Of a stretch of 64,000 nucleotides of DNA, positions 42,014 through 52,075 are shown piece after piece. Every line of letters begins with the position of its first letter. The stretch's first letter is position 1. The DNA is taken from positions 92,683-156,682 of the forward strand of contig JAISPG010000042.1 in assembly GCA_031275085.1 (NCBI GenBank). The letters run 5' to 3'. Below the pieces are notes generated by a model that ran no database searches, was not told the DNA's origin, and worked only from the letters and a program-made list of their open reading frames with translations. The position numbers and the translations under genes were made by a program. This stretch comes from Bacteroidales bacterium (lineage in GTDB: Bacteria; Bacteroidota; Bacteroidia; Bacteroidales; ML635J-15).

Positions 42014-43648
42014 TTGAATTATATGAATAACGCAATCTTTAGTTTCGGTCGTCCGCAAAATGAACCGATACAGCAATATTTGAAAGGAAGTCCGGAAAGA
42101 GCAGCATTAGAACAGGAATTGAAAAAAATGAGTTCAGAAGAAATTGAAATTCCTTTGATTATTGGTGGAAAAGAAATAAAAACAGGCAATATCGCAACTG
42201 TAGTAATGCCTCATAACCATAAAAAAGTATTAGCGCGTTATCATCAGGCAGGAGAAAAAGAGATTGAAATGGCTATTGAAGCAGCTTTGGAAGCAAAGAA
42301 AAAATGGGAAGATATGCCATGGATAGAACGTGCTACCATAACTTTGAAAGCTGCTGAACTACTTGCAAAAAAATACAGATATGTAATAAATGCAGCTACA
42401 ATGCTGGGACAAAGCAAAAATATTTTCCAGGCAGAAATAGATTCGGCATGTGAAGCGATCGATTTTTTAAGATATAATGCTCATTTTGCATCTGAAGTTT
42501 ATAAAGATCAGCCCGGAACATTTCCAGGCCAGATAAACAAAATGGAATACAGACCTTTGGAAGGATTTGTATTTTCATTATCACCATTTAACTTTACGGC
42601 AATCGCATCTAACTTAAACATGATACCTGTGTTAATGGGTAACGTAACACTTTGGAAACCATCTTCAACAGCAATATTGTCAAATTATTACATGATGAAA
42701 GTATTTAAAGAAGCTGGCTTACCTGATGGTGTTATAAACTTTGTACCCGGCAAAGGAAGCGTTTTAGGAAAAGTTATTACAAACCACAGGGCACTTGCAG
42801 GAATTCACTTTACAGGTTCAACAGCAACATTTAACACATTATGGAAAAATGTAGCTGAAAATATGGAAAAATATATTGGTTACCCGAAACTTGTTGGTGA
42901 AACAGGAGGAAAAGATTTTGTTTTTGCTCACAACAGTGCATGTCCTTCTGCTCTAGCTACAGCATTAGTAGCAGGTGCTTTTGAATATCAGGGACAAAAA
43001 TGTTCTGCTGCTTCACGTGCATATATCCCAAAATCAATCTGGGGAGATGTTAAGAAAATCATGCTGGAACATATTGCAAAAATAAAAATAGGTGATGTCC
43101 AGGATTTTGATAACTTTATGAATGCTGTTATTGATGAAGCTTCTTTTGATAATATTATGAGCTATATTAACTATGCTAAAGATTCTAAGGAAGCTGAAAT
43201 AATTACAGGTGGAAATGGTGACAAATCTGTCGGATATTTTATTGAACCTACAATTATACTTACAACTAATCCTCATTTTAAATCAATGCAGGAAGAAATA
43301 TTTGGTCCGGTATTAACTGTTTATGTATATGATGACAATAAATTTGAAGAGACCATGGAAATTTGTAATACAACTTCTCCATACGGTTTAACAGGAGCTA
43401 TTTTCTGTAACGATAAATATATAACATTGGAAATGTTCAATAAATTACGTTATGCAGCAGGAAACTTCTATATAAATGATAAACCTACCGGAGCGATGGT
43501 AGGATTACAACCATTCGGTGGAGGAAGAGCTTCTGGAACAAATGATAAAGCAGGTTCTTACCTTAACCTTATCAGATGGACAAACCCAAGAGCAATAAAA
43601 GAAAACTTCCTGTCTCCTACAGAAATTATTTATCCTTATATGAAGTAA
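42014..43648 (+). CDS. pruA: L-glutamate gamma-semialdehyde (1-pyrroline-5-carboxylate) dehydrogenase
   Basis: It belongs to the aldehyde dehydrogenase superfamily. The catalytic Cys context is GQKCSAASR. The roughly 540-aa length and the N-terminal FSFGRPQNEP...GSPERAALE are typical of standalone P5CDH. Confidence 0.88.
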   Translation: MNYMNNAIFSFGRPQNEPIQQYLKGSPERAALEQELKKMSSEEIEIPLIIGGKEIKTGNIATVVMPHNHKKVLARYHQAGEKEIEMAIEAALEAKKKWEDMPWIERATITLKAAELLAKKYRYVINAATMLGQSKNIFQAEIDSACEAIDFLRYNAHFASEVYKDQPGTFPGQINKMEYRPLEGFVFSLSPFNFTAIASNLNMIPVLMGNVTLWKPSSTAILSNYYMMKVFKEAGLPDGVINFVPGKGSVLGKVITNHRALAGIHFTGSTATFNTLWKNVAENMEKYIGYPKLVGETGGKDFVFAHNSACPSALATALVAGAFEYQGQKCSAASRAYIPKSIWGDVKKIMLEHIAKIKIGDVQDFDNFMNAVIDEASFDNIMSYINYAKDSKEAEIITGGNGDKSVGYFIEPTIILTTNPHFKSMQEEIFGPVLTVYVYDDNKFEETMEICNTTSPYGLTGAIFCNDKYITLEMFNKLRYAAGNFYINDKPTGAMVGLQPFGGGRASGTNDKAGSYLNLIRWTNPRAIKENFLSPTEIIYPYMK

Positions 43649-43673
43649 GTATAGAATAAATGATATTTTCCAT

Positions 43674-43712
43674 AAGAAGGTGTCTCAAAAGTAAGATACC
43701 TTCTTTTTTTTA
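43674..43712 (+). terminator. Rho-independent terminator of pruA
   Basis: A 12-bp stem aagaaggtgtct / agataccttctt (one G-U pair) with an 8-nt loop is followed by T9. Confidence 0.7.
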
Positions 43713-43714
43713 TT

Positions 43715-45450
43715 TTCGCCGATAAAATTTATAAATGCATTATTTAAAAATTTAAGTTTAATAATTTTGCCAATTTCTTACATAATCTGTACATTTTGCT
43801 CAAAGTCCAATAAAAGCCAAGTTTTTTCGCCCATTTTCTTAAATTATGAGCAATAGCGGCCAATGTAAATTCTATATTTACCATTTGTAAACCTCTTAAT
43901 CTGAACCTGTAGAACTGCGAGTTATTCTTTATCTGTGCAAATACCGCTTCGGGTTCAACACATCGCTTTCCCCTGTGATAAATCCCCCGTTCCGAAAGTA
44001 GCAGTTCCCTTGCTTTGTCCCTGTATTCATTCAATTTGTAGTTCACTTCGATAACACGATTATTTTTTGATTTATGGCATAGGCATCTAAGCTGGCATCC
44101 TTGACAGTTCTGTGCCTGGTAACAAGTTGTGGTTGAGATATATCCTAAATCCGATCTGCTCTTTTTATGGCCAATATTGATCATCTGTTGTCCCATCGGA
44201 CATATAAAATAATCATTGTCTTTATTGTAGTATAAGTTCTGCACGCCAAAAGGATCCTTTTTCCATGCCTTCTTTTGTTCTTTATGGAAGTAATTGTATT
44301 TAACATAAGCTTCAATGTTGTTATCTTCCATAAACCTATAGTTCTGTTCACTTCCGTAACCTGCATCAGCTACTACTATTTGGGATTGTTTGTTATAGCT
44401 CTTTTCGAAGTCCTTGAGAAGAGAAATTAAAGTCGCTGTATCCCCGGCTCTTTGATATATGCCAAGATTTGTTATAAATTGATTTTCTGTAGCTATCTGT
44501 ACATTATATGCTGGTTTTAGCTGCCCGTTTTTCATGTGGTCTTCTTTCATACGCATGAAAGTGGCATCTTCATCGCTCTTACTGTAAGAGTTGCGGCTGC
44601 CAAGTTTTTCCAAATGCCCCTCATACTTTTCTAAACGGGGAAGATAATCATCCTGGAGTTGTTTTACCTGCTTGCGTTCTATCTTATTCATCTTATCCAG
44701 GCGCGTGTTCAACTCCTTGACTTTGGAACGAAGAAGGTCGCTATCAATGGACTTGGGACTTTCGGTTAATTTTTCTAAATATTTATCCTGTTCAATATGT
44801 TGGTCAACTAAAGATAATAAAGAACGGATCTTATCTTCCAGTTTGGATTTATATTTTTCAACACTACCACGCCATACAAAGGTGTATTTGTTAGAGACCG
44901 ATTCAATCTTGGTACCGTCTATATATTGAACATCAAGGCTCACATAGCCTGATTGTTGTAATAACAGCACGATTTGGGTAAACAATACTTTAATATCTTC
45001 TTTTAAACCTTCACCTCGAAAACGATTGATGGTACGAAAATCAGGAGTACTATTGCCGGAAAGCCACATGAAGTAGATGTTTTCTTCTAATGCCTTGGCT
45101 AGCTTGCGACAGGAGTAAATATTACACAAATATCCATAAAACAGAACCTTGAGTAACATACGGGGATGGTAGGCACTTGTTCCACCTCCTTTATATTTAG
45201 ACAATAAACAATTGATATTTAATGCATCAACTACTTGATTGACAATTAGAACAGGATGATTAGCAGGAATCCTTTCATAAATATTACTGGGAAAAAGAAC
45301 GTTTTGGTTGGAACTTAACTCTTTAAATATTATCTTAGCCATTGTATTTGAATGTTTTATACAACGTTAAGATAAGACTTTTTAACGAAATAGACAAATA
45401 CAAAAAGGGCTGTCCTTTCTTTTGGGACAGCCTCTTTATTTTATTTTAAA
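43715..45450 (-). mobile_element. IS1182-family insertion sequence (boundaries approximate; terminal inverted repeats not identified by eye)
   Basis: The transposase gene is flanked by host terminator-like hairpins at 43674-43712 and 45407-45436, and sits between pruA and a lipoprotein gene. Confidence 0.4.
43744..45342 (-). CDS. IS1182-family DDE transposase
   Basis: The N-terminal DUF772-type region (YHPRMLLKVLFYGYLCNIYSCRKL) is present. The C-terminal DDE region, the ~530-aa size and the Cys-rich linker are typical of IS1182. Confidence 0.8.
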   Translation of the reverse strand: MAKIIFKELSSNQNVLFPSNIYERIPANHPVLIVNQVVDALNINCLLSKYKGGGTSAYHPRMLLKVLFYGYLCNIYSCRKLAKALEENIYFMWLSGNSTPDFRTINRFRGEGLKEDIKVLFTQIVLLLQQSGYVSLDVQYIDGTKIESVSNKYTFVWRGSVEKYKSKLEDKIRSLLSLVDQHIEQDKYLEKLTESPKSIDSDLLRSKVKELNTRLDKMNKIERKQVKQLQDDYLPRLEKYEGHLEKLGSRNSYSKSDEDATFMRMKEDHMKNGQLKPAYNVQIATENQFITNLGIYQRAGDTATLISLLKDFEKSYNKQSQIVVADAGYGSEQNYRFMEDNNIEAYVKYNYFHKEQKKAWKKDPFGVQNLYYNKDNDYFICPMGQQMINIGHKKSRSDLGYISTTTCYQAQNCQGCQLRCLCHKSKNNRVIEVNYKLNEYRDKARELLLSERGIYHRGKRCVEPEAVFAQIKNNSQFYRFRLRGLQMVNIEFTLAAIAHNLRKWAKKLGFYWTLSKMYRLCKKLAKLLNLNF

Positions 45451-45513
45451 AAAAATTATTATTTTTGTATTTGAATTAATGTTTTAATGTTTTAATTTTT
45501 TAATAAGCAAGTT

Positions 45514-46473
45514 ATGATAATTAGAAGAAATATTGTTGTAGTGTTGAGTGGTCTAATGTTATTTGCTGCAGGTTGTAAAAAAGATTCACCTGCTGTTCTG
45601 ACTACTCAGGCTTTCGAAATAAAAAGTACTTCGGTAAAAACCGGAGGCAATATTACTGATGATGGCGATGCATCAATAACGGAAAGAGGAGTTTGTTGGG
45701 GATTATATAAAGACCCTACTATTTTTGATAATAAAATTGTTGAAGGCTCCGGAACAGGTAGTTTTGAAATTACAATAAATGGCCTGGAACCAGATAAACT
45801 CTATTTTGTACGTGCTTATGCCACAAATAAAATAGGTACAAGTTATGGAAATAATGTATTTTTTACTACTAATCAAATCCCGGATGTTATTACCGGAGAT
45901 GTTTTATATATTGGAGCAACATATGCAAAATGTAGTGGGACCGTTATAAATGACGGCGGTTTTACTGTCATTGAAAAAGGTATCTGCTGGAGTAGTGAAA
46001 TTAATCCCACAATTGCAGATGATAAAGTGGCAATAGGTCAGGGGGCCGGAACATTTGTCTGTGATATAAATGGATTGGAAGAAATTACAGCTTATTATGT
46101 ACGTGCTTATGCCACTACAGAAAATGGAACGGGTTATGGTAATATATTGTCAATCACAACTGAGGAAATCAAGTCTGCCAAAGTTATAATTAATAGTGTG
46201 CGAAATGGACTTATCCCTGAAGTTAATTCGTCTGTTATAGATGACGGAGGAGCTTCGATATTGGAAAAAGGAGTTATCTGGTCGAAAACATCTTCAGGCG
46301 TAACATTGGAAAATGCAGATGGCCGTAAAGAAGCTGGTAGCGGGTCAGAAGATTTTTCAGTCTCTTTATCAGGATTAGATGTATACGAAATGTATTATGT
46401 AAGAGCTTATGCAAGAAATAAAAAAGGAATTTCTTATAGTACAGTTAGTTCTGTTTACACGTTTGATTTCTAA
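45514..46473 (+). CDS. Lipoprotein with three tandem ~95-aa beta-sandwich-like repeats
   Basis: A lipobox (LFAAGC) is present. The block IxERG[VI]CW......P......K.....G.G.F...I.GL.....Y[YF]VRAYATN..G..YGN repeats three times. Confidence 0.5.
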   Translation: MIIRRNIVVVLSGLMLFAAGCKKDSPAVLTTQAFEIKSTSVKTGGNITDDGDASITERGVCWGLYKDPTIFDNKIVEGSGTGSFEITINGLEPDKLYFVRAYATNKIGTSYGNNVFFTTNQIPDVITGDVLYIGATYAKCSGTVINDGGFTVIEKGICWSSEINPTIADDKVAIGQGAGTFVCDINGLEEITAYYVRAYATTENGTGYGNILSITTEEIKSAKVIINSVRNGLIPEVNSSVIDDGGASILEKGVIWSKTSSGVTLENADGRKEAGSGSEDFSVSLSGLDVYEMYYVRAYARNKKGISYSTVSSVYTFDF

Positions 46474-46544
46474 TTATGAATTGCATCAGAAACTGAGCCA
46501 CTTTTAGGTTTTTAACTCTGGATAGAATAGTATATAAGGAAGCA

Positions 46545-47213
46545 TTATCCTTTTATGTGATGTGTATCACAAAAAGGTTTGTTATGTGATTTTCCACATC
46601 TGCATAATGTTACACGGTTACGTACGGGATAGATTTTTCCGTTTTTATCTTCTATTGGGATGCCGCCTTTTATCCATAACGGACCATGAACACCCATAGC
46701 TTTATCTTCAAGAAGGCTTATGCTTTCAGCTAATTCCGGTTCTATGATTTTTCCGTCTTTTGTTTTTGGTGTTAGCCTTCCGCTGGGGCAATCAGCACAT
46801 TGCTCTTTTATTATTTCGATGGATTCAGGATCAGCATTTTCCTCAACAAGATTCCATGTACTGCCTTTAGTATCGCAAAATCTTGCTGCTGCACAAAGTT
46901 CTTCAGCATCCATAAGATCAATCGCTTTTCCTTCAATTAATTCTGCCATTTCTTCATATGTTCTGTGGCCGGCAGTTTCTGTTCCGTCAAATCCGCTCAA
47001 ATGACTTTCGTCACAAAAAGGTTTATTTTCGGATTTTCCGCAACGACATAAATAATATTTATCCTGCATAGGATAATGATGACTTTCTTTATATCCGACA
47101 GATGCTCCTTTGTTATCAGGAACAATATCCAGCTGGTTCAGAGGAATATCTCCCGTTGCTTCATAAGGACCATTTTTAAGAATTTTGATCTTTTTTTTAT
47201 TATTTGCTTCCAT
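46545..47213 (-). CDS. CDGSH-type iron-sulfur domain protein with central divergent 4Fe-4S mono-cluster domain
   Basis: Two CDGSH-like motifs are present (CRCGKSENKPFCDESH and CRCGKSHNKPFCDTHH). A Cys cluster CAAARFCDTKG...CADCPSG lies between them. Confidence 0.75.
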   Translation of the reverse strand: MEANNKKKIKILKNGPYEATGDIPLNQLDIVPDNKGASVGYKESHHYPMQDKYYLCRCGKSENKPFCDESHLSGFDGTETAGHRTYEEMAELIEGKAIDLMDAEELCAAARFCDTKGSTWNLVEENADPESIEIIKEQCADCPSGRLTPKTKDGKIIEPELAESISLLEDKAMGVHGPLWIKGGIPIEDKNGKIYPVRNRVTLCRCGKSHNKPFCDTHHIKG

Positions 47214-47471
47214 TTTATATAATTTGATTTGTTAATTAATTCGCTATTACTTTATCCCAACACATGATCAACTTTTCCAGTCCGTGATTTGTCTTTTGTT
47301 AAACAAAAGAATCTTCGCTTAGTTCAGTAAAACAAGTAATATTTGTATGTGGCTTATATACATGTATTCTTATTTAACTGGTTTGGAATATAGGTATCGG
47401 ATCTATTTTTCATTTATATGTCTTTTATATATTATATACTTCATAAAATTACCATGTACAGATTTTTTTTA

Positions 47472-47479
47472 TATTTTTG
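47472..47479 (+). promoter_or_regulatory. -7 box TATTTTTG (TAnnTTTG) 22 nt upstream of asnS
   Basis: It matches the Bacteroidetes sigma-A -7 consensus. Confidence 0.35.
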
Positions 47480-47500
47480 TGCACTATTAAAGTAAAATTT

Positions 47501-48943
47501 ATGAAAAGGATAAAAATATCTGATGTTTTAAAGTCGGATAAATTCGGAGAAAAGATACTTGTAAAAGGTTGGGTAAGAACTAAAAGAGTTAGTAAAAATG
47601 TATGTTTTATTGCTTTAAATGATGGTTCTACGGTAAATAATTTACAAATTGTAATCGATGTAAATCCTGAAATGGAAGAAATCCTTTCCAAAGTTCATAC
47701 AGGAGCATCTTTATCTGTTGTTGGAAAAACTGTTGAATCCGGCGGTAGTGGTCAGAACGTTGAATTACATTGTGAATCATTTGAAATTTTAGGACAGGCA
47801 AATCCAGACGAATATCCTTTGCAGCCAAAACGTCACAGTCTTGAATTTTTACGAGAAATAGCTCATTTAAGACCAAGGACCAACACATTTAGTGCCGTAT
47901 TCAGAATCAGGCATGCAATGACCTATGCAGTCCATAAATTTTTTAATGATAAAGGTTTTAGCAACATTCATACTCCTATTGTTACAGGATCTGATGCTGA
48001 AGGTGCAGGAGAAATGTTCAGAGTAACAACTCTGGATATGGAAAATCTGCCAAAAACCAAAGATGGAAAAATAGATTATTCTCAGGATTTTTTCGGACGG
48101 GAAACAAATCTTACGGTTTCCGGTCAGCTTGAAGGGGAACTCTTTGCATTGGCATTAGCAGAAATTTATACATTCGGACCGACATTCAGAGCAGAAAACT
48201 CGAATACTGCACGGCATTTGGCTGAATTTTGGATGATAGAACCTGAAATGGCATTTTATGATATAAACGACAATATGGATCTTGCGGAAGAAATGCTTAA
48301 ATATTTAGTAAATTATGCATTGACTAATTGCCGTGAAGATCTGGATTTTTTAGCTAAACGCAGGGAGGAAGAGCAAAAGCAAAAACCGCAAAATGAAAGG
48401 GATACAATGAATTTAATTGAAAAATTAGAATTTGTTGTAAATAATGAATTTGAAAGAATTACATATACTGAAGCAATAGATATTTTAAAAAATTCGAATG
48501 CAAATAAAAAGGGACAGTTTTCTTACATAATAGAAGGATGGGGAGCTGATTTGCAAAGCGAACATGAAAGATATCTGGTGGAAAAGCATTTTAAAAAACC
48601 TGTTATTTTAACTGATTATCCTAAAGAAATAAAGGCTTTTTATATGAAACAGAATGATGATGGAAAAACAGTAAGGGCAATGGATGTTTTATTTCCGCAA
48701 ATTGGTGAAATTATCGGAGGCTCTCAACGTGAGGAAGATTATGATAAACTGGTAACAAGAATGAAAGAAATGAATATTCCTGCAGAAGAAATGTGGTGGT
48801 ATCTTGATACCAGAAAATTCGGATCTGTCCCTCACAGCGGTTTTGGACTGGGTTTTGAAAGACTTATGTTGTTTGTAACAGGAATGGGAAATATAAGAGA
48901 TGTAATTCCATTTCCCCGTACACCTAAAAATGCTGAATTTTAA
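47501..48943 (+). CDS. asnS: Asparagine--tRNA ligase
   Basis: An N-terminal OB anticodon-binding domain (KGWVRTKR) is present, along with class II motifs [21 protein letters not shown] and GSQRE...GFGLGFERL. Confidence 0.93.
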   Translation: MKRIKISDVLKSDKFGEKILVKGWVRTKRVSKNVCFIALNDGSTVNNLQIVIDVNPEMEEILSKVHTGASLSVVGKTVESGGSGQNVELHCESFEILGQANPDEYPLQPKRHSLEFLREIAHLRPRTNTFSAVFRIRHAMTYAVHKFFNDKGFSNIHTPIVTGSDAEGAGEMFRVTTLDMENLPKTKDGKIDYSQDFFGRETNLTVSGQLEGELFALALAEIYTFGPTFRAENSNTARHLAEFWMIEPEMAFYDINDNMDLAEEMLKYLVNYALTNCREDLDFLAKRREEEQKQKPQNERDTMNLIEKLEFVVNNEFERITYTEAIDILKNSNANKKGQFSYIIEGWGADLQSEHERYLVEKHFKKPVILTDYPKEIKAFYMKQNDDGKTVRAMDVLFPQIGEIIGGSQREEDYDKLVTRMKEMNIPAEEMWWYLDTRKFGSVPHSGFGLGFERLMLFVTGMGNIRDVIPFPRTPKNAEF

Positions 48944-49072
48944 AAAAACAGAAAGTAGGAAAAATAGTTTTATCTGTTACATTTTAGACAGGGGAAAATG
49001 TTTAAATTTTTAGTAAAATATAGATTCTTGTAGTTGACTTATCACAAGTTTTAAAATTGTGTTAAGTTTGTG

Positions 49073-49118
49073 AAGCTTTCGGGGGATTTTGCGTAGCAAA
49101 ATCCCCCGAAAGCTTTTT
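49073..49118 (+). terminator. Strong rho-independent terminator after asnS
   Basis: A 20-bp perfect stem aagctttcgggggattttgc / gcaaaatcccccgaaagctt with a 3-nt loop is followed by a T-run. Confidence 0.7.
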
Positions 49119-49356
49119 AAGGAATAAAGACTAATAAAGCTTTTTCAATCATATTAATTCATAATTTACATGAACTTTTTGAACCATAAATAAATTGTTT
49201 TATATGAAATTATACTAAAATAAATTACCTCGTCTTTAAAGAAAAAGCATTAAAAACGGGGTAATTTTAATAATAAATCAAAATTATAATTCCTCAATTT
49301 ATGTTGGTGATTCATAACCCTTCTGCAAACATTTTTGTTTTTATTTTATAAATATT

Positions 49357-49364
49357 TATCTTTG
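49357..49364 (+). promoter_or_regulatory. -7 box TATCTTTG with a TTG 21 bp upstream (49336-49338), 22 nt before rpoN
   Basis: TTG-N~20-TAnnTTTG is the Bacteroidetes housekeeping promoter architecture. Confidence 0.4.
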
Positions 49365-49385
49365 TTTCTACGAATAGTATATTTT

Positions 49386-50831
49386 ATGTTAAAGCAGAAC
49401 TTACAGCAAAAGCTTCTTCAAAAGTTATCTCCACAGCAGATACAGATGATAAAACTGTTGGAGCTTCCTATTCTGGAACTTGAACAAAGAGTGAAGAAAG
49501 AACTGGAAGAAAATCCTGCATTGGACGAAGGACATGAAGAGGAAGATTATGAAGATAATACCGTAGAGAATGAGCCAAAAACTAATGACGATGAGTTTTC
49601 TTTTGAAGATTATATAGGAGATGACGATGAGATCCCGACATATAAACTTGTTGCAAATAATATATCAAAAGATGCTGAATATAAGGATATTCCCTATTCG
49701 GCATCTAAAAGTTTTCACGAGAATCTTACTGAACAATTAACATTAAAGGATGTATCGGAAAGAGAAAAATTTATTGCAGTTTTTCTTATCGGAAATATAG
49801 ATGAAGATGGTTATTTACGTCGTGATCTTGATGCAATTGTTGATGATATTGCATTTTCGCAAAATGTTATAGTTAGTGAGGAAGAACTTCAGGATGTTTT
49901 AAATATAATTCAGGATCTTGATCCGGCAGGAGTAGGAGCCCGTAATTTACAGGAAAGTCTGGTGCTCCAGCTCGAAAGAAAAGAAAATCAGACAGAAGAA
50001 GTACTTCTTGCAAAAAAAATATTAATAGAATATTTCGAAGAATTTACAAAAAAACATTATTCAAAAATAATGTCAAAGCTGAATATAGATGAAAATACAC
50101 TGAAATCGGCTATTGATGTTATTGTAAAATTAAACCCTAAACCAGGCAGTTCGCATGGTGAATCGCAGGGAAGATCTCCTCTGGCAATTATTCCTGATTT
50201 TATTTTGAATGTTGTTGACGGAGAAATAGAGATATCTTTAAATTTAAGAAATTCTCCCGAATTAAAAGTGAATAAGAACTTTTTCAATATGCTGCAGGAA
50301 TATTCACAAAGTAAAAAGAACGGAAGATCAGATAAAGAAACTCTTGCATTTATAAAACAAAAACTTGATTCTGCAAGATGGTTTATTGATGCGATTTCAC
50401 AACGTCAGAATACGTTACTTCTTACAATGAATGCAATTGCCGAACTGCAAAGAGATTTCTTTCTTACCGGCGATGAGACAAATCTGAAACCTATGATACT
50501 GAAAAATGTGGCAGAAATGACAGGATTAGATATTTCCACGGTATCAAGAGTTGCAAATAGTAAATATGTGGCTACTCCCTATGGTAATTACGAGCTTAAA
50601 TATTTTTTTAGTGAAGCTATGCAAACAGATTCGGGTGAAGAAGTTTCAACACGTGAGATAAAACAAATACTGAGGGACTGTATAGATAACGAAGATAAAT
50701 CAAAACCACTGACTGACGACAAACTGGCTGAAATATTAAAATCAAAAGGTTATCAGATAGCACGGCGTACAATTGCAAAATACAGAGAACAGTTAGATAT
50801 TCCTGTAGCAAGGTTAAGAAAAGAATTATAA
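49386..50831 (+). CDS. rpoN: RNA polymerase sigma-54 factor
   Basis: The N-terminal region I (MLKQNLQQKLLQKLSPQQIQ) is present, with an acidic linker and a C-terminal RpoN box ARRTIAKYRE. Confidence 0.92.
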   Translation: MLKQNLQQKLLQKLSPQQIQMIKLLELPILELEQRVKKELEENPALDEGHEEEDYEDNTVENEPKTNDDEFSFEDYIGDDDEIPTYKLVANNISKDAEYKDIPYSASKSFHENLTEQLTLKDVSEREKFIAVFLIGNIDEDGYLRRDLDAIVDDIAFSQNVIVSEEELQDVLNIIQDLDPAGVGARNLQESLVLQLERKENQTEEVLLAKKILIEYFEEFTKKHYSKIMSKLNIDENTLKSAIDVIVKLNPKPGSSHGESQGRSPLAIIPDFILNVVDGEIEISLNLRNSPELKVNKNFFNMLQEYSQSKKNGRSDKETLAFIKQKLDSARWFIDAISQRQNTLLLTMNAIAELQRDFFLTGDETNLKPMILKNVAEMTGLDISTVSRVANSKYVATPYGNYELKYFFSEAMQTDSGEEVSTREIKQILRDCIDNEDKSKPLTDDKLAEILKSKGYQIARRTIAKYREQLDIPVARLRKEL

Positions 50832-51457
50832 TGATAAGACCGAAAACAGGAAAATCAATAGCCGGCTTTTTTAGCTTCATTTTTCATCCTTTGTTGATGG
50901 CAACGTTTGCTGCTGTTATTTTTTTTAACTCAGGCCACTTTTTTGCTGTTGTAAATTATGAACTGAGAACATCTGTTTTTTTGATATTTTTTATTTTAAC
51001 ATGTCTAACTCCGGCACTTTTTGTCCCTGCAATAAATTTTTTCAGACTTTCATCAAATAAAGAAATCAGCGATAAAAATATAAGATTAATAACACTTTTT
51101 ATGATAAGTGTTTTATATGCTGTTGTCTATTATTATATGAAAAGAATAATGATTCCTGATGTTTTACTTAATATTATTTTAAGTTCGATATTAATTATGC
51201 TTGCCGGCGGAATTATCTCAATATTCTGGAACATAAGTTTATATACCTGTGCTATCGGAGGATTAGCCGGTTATGTTTTTTTTCTGGCTTATGCTGCTGG
51301 GTTGACTGCTGTATTATTTTATTTCCTTATTATTGTTATTGTTGTTGGAATTGTTGCAACATCAAGGCTTTATCTGAACAAACATAATCCTTTGCAAGTG
51401 TATACCGGTATTGCCCTTGGATTTTTTATTTCTTATTTTACTTTGCTTGTGTTTTAA
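50831..51457 (+). CDS. Hypothetical polytopic membrane protein
   Basis: It has 5-6 hydrophobic helices and I recognised no motif. Confidence 0.4.
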   Translation: MIRPKTGKSIAGFFSFIFHPLLMATFAAVIFFNSGHFFAVVNYELRTSVFLIFFILTCLTPALFVPAINFFRLSSNKEISDKNIRLITLFMISVLYAVVYYYMKRIMIPDVLLNIILSSILIMLAGGIISIFWNISLYTCAIGGLAGYVFFLAYAAGLTAVLFYFLIIVIVVGIVATSRLYLNKHNPLQVYTGIALGFFISYFTLLVF

Positions 51458-51555
51458 AATATCACTTTTGAATTTGCGTTAATATTAAAGAGGTGTGTGA
51501 TATAAATTAAGAATTAAGAGTTAAGAATTAGGAATTAAAAACGATACAGTCATCG

Positions 51556-51775
51556 ATAATTAAGAATTAAAAATTAAGAGTAAACAGTTAACTTAGTGTT
51601 CTCAATGGCGCGGTGAGCGGTGGTTACTGAGTAGCGGCGGGTTGGTGAGCGACGGCTACTGAGCGGAGCCGAAGTAAGTCGAACCAAGCCAAAGTAAGCC
51701 GAACCGCGTATTAATGGTTAAAATTAGGTATTCGGAACCCTCAGCAAGATACTTTTTAATTCTTGACACACATTA
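51556..51775. repeat. MITE-like intergenic element: GC-rich ~120-bp core with two pairs of tandem sub-repeats, flanked by inverted AAGAATTAAAAA termini
   Basis: The left end is AAGAATTAAAAATTAAGAG (51562-51580). The right end tacTTTTTAATTCTTgacac (51751-51770) is its inverse. The core is GGTGAGCGGtggTTACTGAGTAGCGG / GGTGAGCGAcggCTACTGAGCGG followed by aAGTAAGtCGAACC / aAGTAAGcCGAACC. GTTAACTTAGTGTYCT, GGTGAGCGG and AGTCGAACC are shared with 15440-15483. Confidence 0.45.
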
Positions 51776-51826
51776 TTTATAAAATATTTATAGTATTTTT
51801 GAAAAAATGTTAACTAAATATATTAT

Positions 51827-52075
51827 ATGAGCTTTTTATTGGTCTTACTTATTATATGGCTTCTTATATATTTGTTTTTCAAATTTATTCTGCCATTCAT
51901 TTTAGGACGATATGTTAATAAAATGGCTAAAAGAATGAATGATATGCAGTCAAATACACAACGACGTGGTCAGCGTGAAGAAGGAGAGGTTAATATTGAT
52001 TATGTTCCCGGGAAAGAAAAACAGGGGGATAATGAAGATGAAGGAGAATATGTGGACTTTGAAGAAATAGAATAA
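51827..52075 (+). CDS. Small membrane protein (N-terminal TM helix, acidic C-terminus; DUF4834-like)
   Basis: It is 82 aa, with a TM helix LLVLLIIWLLIYLFF followed by a charged tail. Confidence 0.4.
   Translation: MSFLLVLLIIWLLIYLFFKFILPFILGRYVNKMAKRMNDMQSNTQRRGQREEGEVNIDYVPGKEKQGDNEDEGEYVDFEEIE

Noticed and set aside
51601-51710. GC-rich 110 bp as a tRNA, tmRNA, SRP or 6S RNA gene
   Set aside because: The structure is direct-repeat based, not inverted-repeat based. No tRNA arms are present, nor SRP (GGUGCUGUUU...AGCAGCCA) or RNase P signatures. It is kept as a repeat element instead.
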